From assembly GCA_043228905.1 (NCBI GenBank), contig JBHGNT010000002.1:1798001-1862000 (forward strand): a stretch of 64,000 nucleotides of DNA. Reading direction: 5' to 3'. Of the stretch, positions 37,506 through 53,200 are shown piece after piece. Within the stretch, counting starts at the first letter, position 1; each line of letters starts with the position of its first letter. This DNA comes from Azolla caroliniana. Taxonomy: Eukaryota; Plantae; Polypodiophyta. Made by a program: the position numbers and the translations under genes. The notes beneath the pieces were generated by a model. That model saw nothing but the letters and a program-made list of their open reading frames with translations. It ran no database searches and was not told the origin of the DNA.

Positions 37506-39216
37506 CAGTGTTGGGCAAAGTCTCTAGCCCCAATCGGGAATTTTCCTGCTTCTCATGAACCTAACCGGAATTTTAAAATTTCAGCCCGCCACGTTCCTAC
37601 CAACGACAATGTCAACCGGAACATGTTGAATTATTATTTTTGGCCATATACATAATGCAACATACATGCCTCCTTGTGATTTATTCTTGTCTATTCTCAT
37701 CATCTTCCCTCCCATTTTTCAACCTATCCTCCATTACATGTGTTTGAAATAAATGTTGAGTCTCATCTCAAATTTGTCGATTCATCTATTTTTGTTGTAA
37801 TAAGTAAATAGTATGTTAGATTCATCTAATTTGTTTATCACCATAGCCCCTTGATGATGATGATGATGAAGAAGAGCAAATCTCTTTACACACCTAGTTT
37901 GTTTACATCTTCACACTTCATGTTCACCCACTAAAAAGAAGCACAAAGATTCAACCCTCTTCTCCAATGCATATACTTTGAGATGATCTCCCCATCCATG
38001 AATACCTTTGACCAATTGTTCCCACTGGCCAAGCCCAATAATGTCTCATCAAGAGGAATTAAGTTATTAGATTACATGGGGTGTTCACCTGGTTTGTCTA
38101 AGTTAGAACAACAATATTTATGTGACGAATATCAAGATAAGGTCCCGAAGGAACATTTATCTTGTATATCCCCTTTGGGCCAAATTAGCACGCTACAAAC
38201 TTTTCATGGTCAGGAAAATGACAAGGAGGTTAATGAGCTTTATTTAGATGCACTAAACATAATCTTTGGCCATCATCTATCAAAAAAAGATAGTAGTGTT
38301 GGTACTCAAAAATCAATGTGCGCACATGAGAAATAAAGATAAAATGAGCACATATACTAATGTGGAGCCAACTGTGATGCAGGCTCTAACGCTAGTAAAT
38401 GGTGGGCTCTAACGTACATTAGATAGAAAAACATCAATCTAAGACATGCTCAAATCAACGATTGGCCTATTTTGTTTGTGAAATCGATTCTGGATCAATT
38501 GGTGACAGGTCTTTGAGGAATAATTGTTCGATCTTTGATTTCCTCAGCAAAGCCGCAGTTCTTGAACAACAAGACTAAAGCAACCATTCGACCAACAGGA
38601 ACCGAAAACAAAGCGCAAAGAACGTATTCAAACAACGAGAAAAACAGAGAAAACAGATAGAAAAAGAGAATTCATAAACAATGAAAGAAAAACAGGCAAG
38701 ATACGTATGTTAGAGTGGAGTGGCGAATAGCAGATGTCATGCAATCAGTCATAAACAACAGGGAGCAACGAATAATGAGCGAGCAGGGAGTAGCAATGGG
38801 CAATGAATGAGCAAGGATCCATAAGGAGCAGCAAAGAAGGAAGCATCGCGAACAAGGAACAAACAGGGAGGCGCGTGCAATGCGAAGAAGGAACAAAGAG
38901 GGAGCAATGAGCAACGCAAAGGAATAGAGAGGGAGCAACGAGCCACGCGAAGAAGGACCAGAGAGGGAGCAATGAGCAACGCGAAGAAGGAAAGCAGTGG
39001 GAAAAACAGGGGGAAATGAGGGGGGGGGGGGAGGGGGGAACTTAAAAGAAAAACTTTATAAAGTTTTTCTAATCTATATAAATTTATGAACCGGCTAGAT
39101 TCTGGCTAGTTAGAAAACCTTGCTGCAATCAATTCCGGCTGTCCTTCATGGTGGCCGACAAAAGTCCCAATTCAACCGGAACGTTAACACTGTTCCTGAG
39201 ACTTTGCCCAATACTG
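37506..39216. mobile_element. Non-autonomous hAT-like DNA transposon, ~1.7 kb
   Basis: 19-bp TIRs cagt(g/a)ttgggcaaagtctc with one mismatch; aaccgg subterminal motifs at both ends; purine-rich gagcaa repeats at 38690-39000. TSD degenerate. Confidence 0.7.
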
Positions 39217-39564
39217 GGTGCACCACATTTTGATCTCTGATTTTTTCATGGATTCGAAAGTTTTTTGAGGTTGTGGAAACTTGGCACAAATTTTCAGCCG
39301 GGTTATCTATCGGGGAAGGGGCAGAGTCGGGTTACTAGAGAGACATCCATATGTATCATACATACCCCATACATACTACATACATTATTACATATGTACG
39401 TATGTATGAATGAATGAATGGGCATGTATGCATGCATATCATCATACAACATGGAAGCATGAACGAAAGACAATTTTTATATTATGTTACGTGTTGTGAT
39501 TTACAGACACACAGAGAAGAGAGCGGGAGCAGTAACTGTCCTTCCATATGCCATGGAGAGGACA

Positions 39565-39720
39565 TCTCCATCTCCATCTCCATCTCCATCTCCTCCTCCT
39601 CCTCCTTCGAAGCAGCAGCAGCAGCAGCAGCAGCAGAATCGCCATCATCTCCATCGCGATCAACAGTCACATCAGAATCCTCCTCACCTGCAGCAGCAGC
39701 AGCAGCAGCAGCAGCAGCAC
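39565..39720. repeat. (CATCTC)n, (CCT)n and two (CAG)n tracts
   Basis: Read directly from the sequence. They encode poly-SP, poly-P and poly-Q in the frame starting at ATG 39553. Confidence 0.9.
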
Positions 39721-40540
39721 ATAAACTCTCAGCTTCCTCCTCCTGTCTCCCCCACAGCGTAAATAAAAGCTTCTCCTTCCTCCATCCCTTCTCTCTATTT
39801 TCATCGCATTTGTGCCTGTTCCGTAGTATGTCTTGTTTGTCGCCTTCTTCGCCGTTTCCTTCACCTTCACCATCATAATCATCGTTGTTTTGGTTAACGC
39901 CTTTCATCGCCATTTCCTTCCTCATCCTCCTCGTTTAAATCTATAACAGCGGTGTTCATCTAAACCATCATCTTGTTAATCCTCACCACCTTCTGATAAT
40001 CATCACCATTGCCTCTATCACCTTCATCTTGTTCATGCTAACCATATTCTAATCATCATTTTCTTGTCACCGTTACTTCTTCTGATTCTAGTCACCTTCA
40101 TCTTCTTGTTCACCATCACCACTGTCATCGTCGTCCTTATCTTCTTCTACCTAAAGGTATTTCCCCTCTTTCTTCTTGTCGCTTTTGCTACTTTTCCCCT
40201 TCATATCCTGATTATGTATGCCATCAAATGTGACCGGAAAACTTATTTATACATACAAGAATATATATTTTCTCTTCTCCGAAAACCTCGTTTTCTCATT
40301 CGTTGCATTGGTTTTGATGCTACGGTAAACTTTCATGTGTTGATACCAAGGAGACTATATTTTTCCTTTTCTCTGCTTTATCCTTCATCTTATCCTCCTC
40401 CTTATCCTGCTAAACTGACAAGGTTATGGCATTAAGCCACAGCGAACTGTCAAATCTAATGTTCTGAAAAAAAATTCGTCTTTTCCTTTCCTTTTGTTTT
40501 TCCTCTTACGATCTTCTGCTTATTCTGACCACCTCAACAG

Positions 40541-43848
<3,308 letters not shown>

Positions 43849-44391
43849 AGGTAATCAAAGGTTTTGGATACGATACTCCTTCCTTTTTCTCGTGATATGG
43901 AGCACTGCCAAACAATGTCATTTGATTAAAAAGCACTATCATACCAAGAAGTATCTGCTACATGAAGGGACAGAAGGAACATTTTCTTCTAGGTGATCTA
44001 CTACTACATCGGCAGATTCTCGCGTAAATTTATGATTTATCTGCAAATTCTTTGGATTCCGAAGTTGGTGATTGATGAAAATCAATAATTTTATTGCAAA
44101 AAGACTTCCATCAGTGGTTCTAGAGGTTAAGGAGATAAATATTGATAGCCCTGTATAATTCGGAAAGTTGACAGTGGCTGCTAGGTTCTGAACAGGGTGA
44201 CCGTTTCTGTATACAGAGGAAGTTGTGAGCGATACGCTGAGGAGTTCCAAATGGAAATACAGTTATCCCTATCAGTGATGCTGGAGTATTGAATCGGATA
44301 CCCACATTGATTTTTGTGAATGAAATCAGATGTATTTATATATTTGGGATATTTACATATGGCGGCTTTTTGTAACATAGATATGAAACAG

Positions 44392-44604
44392 GTGTCCGAG
44401 CCTGATGTTTCTGAAATGATTTGTCTGGCATTTAATTGAAAATTGCCATTTCTAATCCCATGGAAACAACTTAAATTTTACATTTAACCTAAGTTCGTGT
44501 GTCCGAGCCTGATGTGTCTTAAATGATTTGTCTGGCATTTAATCGAAAATTCCCATTTCTAATCTCATGGAAACTACTTAAATTTTACATTAACCTAAGT
44601 TCGT
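44392..44604. repeat. ~107-bp tandem duplication
   Basis: gtgtccgagcctgatgt...taacctaagttcgt occurs twice. Confidence 0.85.
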
Positions 44605-46723
44605 TGATAGTTGTACTGTCTGTAACTTTATGGAAACCGGGCAGTTTTATCAGCTATGGATGTTGTAATGGGAAAGAAAAGCATTGGACTCTTTGTAAAC
44701 TCTTGTGATGAATGCAGGAGGGCTGGCTATAAGGTATCCCAAAGATGAAGGCACCTAGTGATGGCTGAGTGGCTGCTTGTCCATCAATCTCTGTTTATAA
44801 ACTGTACACACCCTTGACTTGAAACTGTAGTATGTTTTGACCATTAGTGTGGATGACAATGTTTCTAGCTTCAGGAAACCTTAGCCTAGACAATGGCCCT
44901 GCTTCATCAGGAGTCTAATAGACTGGAGACATCTGATGGAGATACTTGTGTTGAAGATATGGCATAGTGGGGGGTCAGTTTTGGAGGATGATATTAGACG
45001 AAAGAACTTTGGTTTTATAGATCTAAGAGCACAAAAAAGGTGCGTGGATGGTTGTCATGTCAAATGGACCACTTTGTTAGAGAAGCAATGCTGAGGTTGC
45101 ACTCAGATGATGGTATTTCCACTAACTGTGCTAGGTATATGCACCATCTAGCTACTGATAGGGCAATAAGTCTACTATGGCCTAGTTAGTTTTTGGCTGT
45201 CGATAATCTACAATAAACTACTTTGTATTCATGATTATAAAAATATGTTAGTGCTAAGATATGAAAGTATATCATCTTTAAAACATAAATATTAGAGCAT
45301 ATTAATCTTCTCATTCAGAATCTTTCAAAATATTGCCTCATGTATCAAGAAGTTACATTATAACACTCATATTCATTGTCTTATATAACTAGAATAGTGA
45401 ATGTAAATATTTTGGCCTCTCTTCTTAATTACACTTGTTGAGAGCAATGGGCATGCCATTGCAAGGAAGTAAGAGCTCATTGTGTCACATTAGGAATAAT
45501 ATTGGAAGTAGTCAACAATTCATGTGCAATAATGGCTTTGGCTTGGTGGTGGAAGGTAAGTAAATACTTTGATTTCTCTCCTTAAAATAAACTTGTGGAG
45601 AGTAATTGGTTTAAGGACACTCAAGGCTATACTAATGAAAGATTGACGGTGGTTTGAGTCTCATGAAATATCCCTTTTCTGTATAATAATATACCAACAA
45701 GATATGACTTACATTTTCAAATGATACTTTGGAGCAAAATATATTCTTCACAATCTCATGAGCAAAATATATACCTCACAAGACGGTATCATGATTGGGT
45801 GGTATTCTTGTTTTGAAGTAATCATGTTGGGGATTTGAGGCAGGGTTGCTAGTTTGGATAAATTGTGATAAGGGGGATAATTTAATTGCTTAAATGGGCG
45901 GCTAATTCAAAATTTTTTAATTCTTAATTCAGCACGATCAATCTTATGATTAGGATCCATGAAGAATGAATTTCCCCCTCTTAAATGTTATGGAAATCAT
46001 GTTTTTTAAATTGGGTAGGTCTTCGTCTATTTTGAAAATCGGAATTAGTTAAGAGTTGTATGCTTATACCACTAAAAAACATGAGTATTGTACATATATT
46101 TTCGTACTTGGGCAGTTTGTTTTATTGGGCTAATTACCACATGGTCAAGTTTGTATTAGAATTGAGTATTCTATGCTTAATCTTTGGAAAATTATCCTAT
46201 TCTGAATTAAGGATTATTTTGGATTGATATTAGTAAGAGCTTGATTAATTCTCTCAAGTATTGATTTGGCAGCAAACAATTTTAGTGTTACAAGTGCTAT
46301 AGATAAAAAGATCTGCAAGAAAAGCTTATGTTCATGAATTTGTTTCGTAGTGGGTGGAAGTTAAATACTCAAATTGTACTAAGGTTAAATATGTAGATGT
46401 TTAATTCCAAGTTCGAAACTAGGTTAAAAGTAATAGGTAGTACACCTTTTTTACAGGGCAAGTCACGTTGATTGGTATATCCTTTGCATAAAAAAATTTA
46501 GTTATTAGGGCTGGAGCAAATCCAAGCAAGTAACTCATGTCCACGTTGCGACCATGCAAAGGCGCTGGTATTTCTTAACGAAGAACTAGAGACGACTAGA
46601 CGGGACGTGACCAGCACAAAAGAAGCAGAAAGAAAAGAACCAAGTAAAAGGAAGAGAAGTTGAGAAGGAGAGGAGGCGAAGAGGATCAGAGAAGACGAAG
46701 GAGGAGGAGGAAGAAGTAGTAGG

Positions 46724-47032
46724 ATGGCGAGTGGCGAGTCGGCATCTGTGCGTCACGAGGAGTACAAGGACTCAATTCCTCCTGCGCACATCCGCCAAGA
46801 GTTGCGTGCGTCTGATCAACCTGCGGGTGATCGGATTTCAGGCATTCAGGGAGGAACCACGTTCCACACCGGGAACATAGCTCTACATGAGCCACAACAA
46901 CAGCAACTCTTCCATTCTGTGTCTCCCATGAAGAAACACTCTAGTGGAAACGAACCGTCCATGATGAACATGACAATGGCCTCCAACAAAGATCCCTCCC
47001 CCCAAGAAGAACACACCACCACTAATCAATAG
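46724..47032 (+). CDS. Putative small hydrophilic single-exon protein, 102 aa, unknown function
   Basis: ATG in good context (aggATGGC), GC-richer than its flanks, GA-rich leader at 46600-46720 and T-rich trailer. No family recognised. Confidence 0.55.
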   Translation: MASGESASVRHEEYKDSIPPAHIRQELRASDQPAGDRISGIQGGTTFHTGNIALHEPQQQQLFHSVSPMKKHSSGNEPSMMNMTMASNKDPSPQEEHTTTNQ

Positions 47033-48792
47033 ACTTGGACTGACTAGCAATGGTTTTTATGCCTGAATATTCTGGACTTTTTCTTTTTTGTTCTTATGTT
47101 ATAACTTATAAATAATAAGTAATTTACTGCAGACTCGACTCCCATTTTTTAAAGTGGTGTTTTTGTTGTTTCATAATCTTCGTCTCCCTAGACTTCTTTT
47201 TGCATCTTTCTTTTGTCTTAATTAGTCCATGTAGCCTTAGGCATTGGCTAAATAATCTGGCTCTGACCATAGCTTGGCTTGTTTTTTCGAAAACAATCAA
47301 CCTAAAGTTTGATCATGTAATAGACAATTTTAAGAGCTGGATCAAGTCTAGACTGACATATTGTGCTTAACAAAGGTTCCTGGCTAGGGTATGGTGATGA
47401 TTTAAATCGTAACTCTTAACTGGTTTTATTTAGGTTTTGGGTTAACATGTCGTTAAAAGTTTAGTTACTACAAATTATGACAGGAATTTGTTGCCTATTC
47501 TAGTTGTAAACACTAAAATAAGTGGCTGCATAAACGGATTCTTGTTTTCTATTAGATACTTACCATTAAATCTTGTAATGCTATATGTCAAATTCAATTT
47601 AGTAGGAGTAAATTTTGGTCGACCTTAGTTTAAATTAAATACATATGGTTGTGAAACTCTATAATATGATTAAGAAGAGTGCTATTCCAAGTCTTTCTTA
47701 GGAATTCAATAGCCAACTGACCAATAGGTTGGGATGGTGTTATGGTGGGCAGAATCTTTGCCCCTATCAAAACCAACCTGGGGCACAGGAAGTTATGGGA
47801 GTTTAAAATATTACTTTAGCTAGAGAAATACTTATATAACAAAAGAGGAGTCTCCATACAACGAATGTTTGGCATAGGTCACCATATTGAGTTTTAAAGT
47901 ACGTTTTCCATACAACGAATGTTTGGCATAGGTCACCATATTGAGTTTTAAAATACTTAAACGTACGTACCTACTCTATTCGTAGGAACATTAAATTTCG
48001 TGCCAATAGAATTAGAGACTAATGTAGAACCAATATTGCTCTCATGTACACTACTTACGATGAATTCCACCCAAATAGAGTTAGAGAGATTTTTGACAAT
48101 AGGTTATTATTACTCACAATGAAATCTGCCCGAACACATCTAGGGAGATCAATCTCAATGATGAACAGTAACCGTGATCGCATATTAGAAGTTTGAGTGA
48201 GCTAGTCACATAATGGATTAGATGACCTAACGTCACCTTTTGGTCTCAATACACATTTAGATGTAAAACTTGAACGCTTGTGCAGTACATATACATCGTA
48301 GCAAACATTTAAATAAAAAAATGATTAAATAAATCGTTGAAAAATAGAATATACTAAAATTATTGCGTAACTTTATGATGTAATATTTTTTTTCTGCACG
48401 TAAGTAGGACTCAGCACGCACCTTTCTGATTGAAAATATGAGTGCATTTCACTGATGTGGACAACGAAAAATTCCCGATTAAATTTAAGTACCTCTACAT
48501 AACTGTCCCTCTATACATCCTCATATACTTATCTTTCTTTTGTGCATGTTCCATATTTTATCTGCATTCATCAAATGTGCCATCTGATATTCCTTTGGTA
48601 AATCTATCTATACTCAGATGCCAAGGATGCAACGGATCTAAGGAATCCAGGGTCTCAATAGGTACAAAGCATAGGAGATAGAAGGGAAACGTGGAGAGTT
48701 TATTGAAAATGATAAGAAATGGTTGGGAATCCCTAGTGAAATGGATTTAGATTCCTTGCAATTCACACAACCACTTTGTCTAGTAATTGCAA

Positions 48793-49084
48793 GTGTGGGA
48801 ACTCGTAGAATTATTCCATGGGAACACAAATTATTCTCATAAATGGAATGGTGCCAACCGAAGGTTTTGGAGCCAATATAGTTATTCCATTTATGAGAAA
48901 AATTTGTGTTCCCATGGAATAATTCCATGAGTTCCCACACTGCCTACACTATTGGGGAATTATTGCACCTTACATATAGTTAATAGTTATTCCCCAATAG
49001 TGTAGGCAGTGTGGGAACTCATGGCATTATTCCATGTGAACACAAATTTTTCTCATAAATGGAATGGTGCCAACTGAAGGTTTT
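48793..49084. repeat. Direct/inverted triple repeat forming a 77-bp stem hairpin
   Basis: 48884-48960 is the reverse complement of ~48989-49065 with 2 mismatches. A third copy in direct orientation lies at 48793-48868. Confidence 0.9.
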
Positions 49085-49414
49085 TCGTTTTGGAGACAAT
49101 AGGATAGATGTGCAAAACAGATTCGATTAAGTAGTTACTCTTCCACCTTTGTCATTTAACTTGGAAGAAGTTCAAATAATATATATTATTATAGAGACTG
49201 AAGTGTTGTTCTTGAGGGTGGAACTCAAATAGAAGGTTGGTTACGAAAGACAAGAAAAATTAATTTTGTCAAGGAGAACCTGGTAAGTAAAGACAAGTGA
49301 TGAAGATTAAATAGTATGTTCACAAAATCACAAAAGTGAAAATGTAAATCAAATCTATCAGATTGAACGGAATTATTTATAGTTTCAAGGGTCAATGTTT
49401 GCTACCTAGATCCC

Positions 49415-49880
49415 TTTTCTTCTTGTTTTCAAACTGAAAAGTAGAGTAGGCTAGATGTCTAAAGTGAGCAAACATCACCATCATTATAGGTTAAAAAAAC
49501 TCGGTCTCTCATGGGTCCTTTGTCATAGGAGAAACAGATTAGGAGGAGGCTAGACTTAAACCAGAAAGTCCTTCGTAATGCTCAAAAGTAAGATACTATT
49601 AGAACAATCACCCCATGATTAGGAGGTAAAGTTAGTTGCATGGAACATTAATAGGTTTCTTCTTGTTTCAAACTGAAAAGTAGAGTAGGCTAGATGTCTA
49701 AAAGTGAGCAAACATCATCATCATCATCGTTAAAAAAAAACGCCTCTCCTCGGTCAGTTGTCATGGGAGAAACAATTGGGTTGAGGCTAGCTTTTTCTTT
49801 TAATGCTCAAAACTAGGATACTATTAGAACAAACACCAAATGGTTAGGAGGTAAAGTTAGTTGCATGGATCATTAATAGG
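49415..49880. repeat. ~240-bp diverged tandem duplication
   Basis: tttcttcttgtttcaaactgaaaagtagagtaggctagatgtctaaa...gttagttgcatgga(a/t)cattaatagg occurs twice. Confidence 0.85.
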
Positions 49881-50255
49881 TCAAGGCAGGTAGAAATCCA
49901 TGATCCCACGGGAGGTTACTGATTAGTGATTTTATACTAGACTGAGAATACAAAACTCCGTTGGCCGACTCTATTGTAATAAAGATATCTCAGGCTGATT
50001 ACCATTAGTATTATTTCCATAGTTCATTGCTTTTCAGATTTTCCATAACTCACCTTATGGAGCTCTTTCTAAACGCGTCGCTTTCAGGCTTCACAATCCA
50101 TTCCTGAGCCTCCTCTCCAGCAGATGTAGGATTGTTTGCCGTTTTGATTCTTCTAGTGCAACAAATCCTTACAAGATGAGCATGTAACTCTCATAACCAG
50201 AAAATCCGTTTCCTTAAGAATCTGCATTCTCAGCTTCATTTAATCTGTCTAGTAC

Positions 50256-53200
50256 TTAAACCATCCATTCATGAGCTTCCGTACTGCAGATGAAGCATTA
50301 TTTCAGACTTTGATTTTTCTTTCAAAACAAATTGTTACACAAAAAATACATAACAATATCTGCAGCACACTGCAATACAATCCAGATTGTAGCGTCATCA
50401 CCACGAACTACACACCTGACAGGATATTGTTGACTGACTGATTGTGTCGGAGACTCAAGGGAATCCTCTGATGTCAGGGTACTTTCATGAAACGATTCCT
50501 GAAAGTGAAGGTAAATCTCTGTGTGAGCTTCATAATGCATTACTACCCAACGTGTTTTTTGCCACTTACCTCTGAACTATGTATGTTGCCTGCGGTCATG
50601 TTCATATGCTGGATAAGATTCTTGCATCCTGGAAATGTGTTTGAGTTCCATGGATTGTATGACGGCTGTATATAGTCCAGTAAATTAGAGATTTGCATTG
50701 TTTGATACTTCTTTGATTCTGATTGGGAAGAGTTTGCGTGTAAGTGTCTGAATGATGGAGTAGTTCCTTGATGCAATGAAGAATGGATCGGAAATGCCAA
50801 TTCACTAGGGTCATTGATTTGAGACACATAATTCATTCGGCTACTTTGGTCTGCAACATTGTTCCCACCAAGCATACATATTTGCTGGTTATTTAGGCAT
50901 GTGGGAATATATTGTGCTCTATCATGACATGTGACCTTATTTCCTGCAGAAGCTTGGTTCCATGAATTGATAGTATCTACTGTGGTATACATCGTCTGTG
51001 GTGCAGACTTCATATATTGATTTTCAGTGTATTCTTCATCTAGAATTGAAAACAATGGGTAATCATCAAAATCATGCATATTCGGTCTCTGGCTGTTGTA
51101 AGTACGTATCACCAGATCGTCCACTGTGGCATGATCTGCTAGGCGAACGTGATCAGTATTGGAAGGAGGCATTTTATTAAGTGTATAAGGAAATAAATCC
51201 TGAAGGTTGTCTTCACTGAAGTTTCGAGCCAAAACTTCCTCTCTAATACTTTTGTTCAAGTTGGAATTCACAGAATCAATTAGGGTAGAATACTTTTCCA
51301 CTTGATCATCTAGTATTGGTCTCTTTTGGTAGTTGGATGTGTGCGTTATGATCAGATCCTCTGCTCTTCCAACTACCATACAGTTTTGAGTAGCATTAGA
51401 GAGAGAAATTTTATTAAGGTTACTGGAATACACATCTTGAGGATGCTCATTACCCAAGCCTTGAGCTAGAACTTGCTTTGCAGACCTGTTATTGAAGACA
51501 TTGGAATTCACAGAATCAAGTGATTGAAACAAAGAATACTTTTCCAGATCAGCTTGCATTTGCCTGATCTCCAGGTTATTGCAGGTTTGTCGTCGAATCA
51601 GATCCTCTGCACTGGTATCTGCTATACATTTCTGACCTCCATTGGAGGTTGGTATTTTATTAGAAAATATGCCTCGAGCATTGTCATTGCCCAAGCCTTG
51701 ATCAGGCGATACTTGCTCTGCAGATGTAGCTGTTGTACTACTGTTGTTGAAGTTAGAATTGACAGAATTCGCGATTTCTTGGTTAATAATTGAAGATTGA
51801 TCAATGTCAGAACCACTCCCAACAGCAGCAGCATATGTTCGACCTTGATGCACCATAGAGCTGCTCAAAATTCTATTAGGAAATGTCACCTTTGATGATG
51901 CCATCTGGTTCTGCCTCTGACATGATGGCTGTGTAAGGATGACATGTGTTGCCGGTCCTCTTCCAACGGGAACAATCTTCATCTGACATACATGTGGCAT
52001 TGTGCGTAAAAAATCACTAAGCTTTGGGTATCCTAGAGCTGCATGGTCGAGCTCCATTCCACATGTAGCTCTAAAATCTGCCTTTACAGATGACAATGGG
52101 TAAGATTCTCCTCTTTGCTGCCGTTGATGAATTGCACTCAAGAACACAGGAAACCACTTTTTGAAGACCTTGAGCCATCGGGGACTATTGCCTTTTGTTA
52201 TCATAGATGCATTAGTGGTTGTAGCAGGAATATTGTTCCATTTTATGGCATCTAAATCTAATCCTGCATTTTGTTCAGTTTCTTTGGAAAAATTTGGTAG
52301 ATGCATTTGCAAAAGCTCCTCATCTGTACTCGTTGATAGCTGCATTGCAGCTTTTATTTCTACCTGTAGAATTGGATTTAGTTCTTATATAACAAGGTAA
52401 AACATAAAAGTTACAGAAGTTATACACATAGAATGATGTGATGTTGTCCCAATGACCTCACCTTTTTACCGAAAACGATTATGAAGTGTTGTCTTACAGC
52501 CTCAAAGTAAGAGGATTGGTTTTTGAATGTGACAAATCCAAATCCCCTAGACATGACCTGACTCCCGCTCTGACTACCCATGACTGCAGCTTCAGAAACC
52601 GGTCCAAATTTATCTTGAAAACTCTCTTTCAATTCGTCTGCAAGGGTCAAAGGAATGTCAGGCATTCATGGATGTTTAGAAATTTCTCTGACGTTCAGGT
52701 AATTGTATAGAATCTATACCTGACCCTATCGTGAGTGGCAGGCCTCCCACAAAAATCTTCTTATTGGTAGCTACGTCAGCAGATTTAGCCTGTAGAGGCA
52801 TTCAAATCAGTTGGGATGAAATATTTTATTACATCATAATGCTTTTGATACATATATTAGAAAAATCTACCTTTTCATGGATAGTATTTGATCGAAGTTC
52901 TTGTTCCCCATGTGCATATAAGCATGCATCACCTCGGGAACATCCTCCAGGTAAAGCATGATATCGGCACAAGACAGTTTTGGCTTGTGTTCTCTGTAAC
53001 CAGATCTTGGAGCTGCAAGAATGTGGACATACTTAGGACAGACTGCTAAATATCTTAAATATTGACAGATGCAAATGTAAAATCCTTCATAGAAAATATG
53101 ATGCTGACATGGCAATAGTTGATTGATGGCAGAAAAAGAAGGTGCCAACAGTAAGAGCCACATCTCTCTGGGGTTTAGTAGAATTGAAAGAAGAGTAAAG

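Noticed and set aside
39296-39340. Helitron 3' end (CTAG)
   Set aside because: No clear subterminal hairpin, and CTAG is not followed by T.
39414-39925. Poly-Ala and poly-Glu ORFs on both strands
   Set aside because: Trinucleotide repeats keep several frames open; only the polyQ frame has a phase-compatible splice donor.
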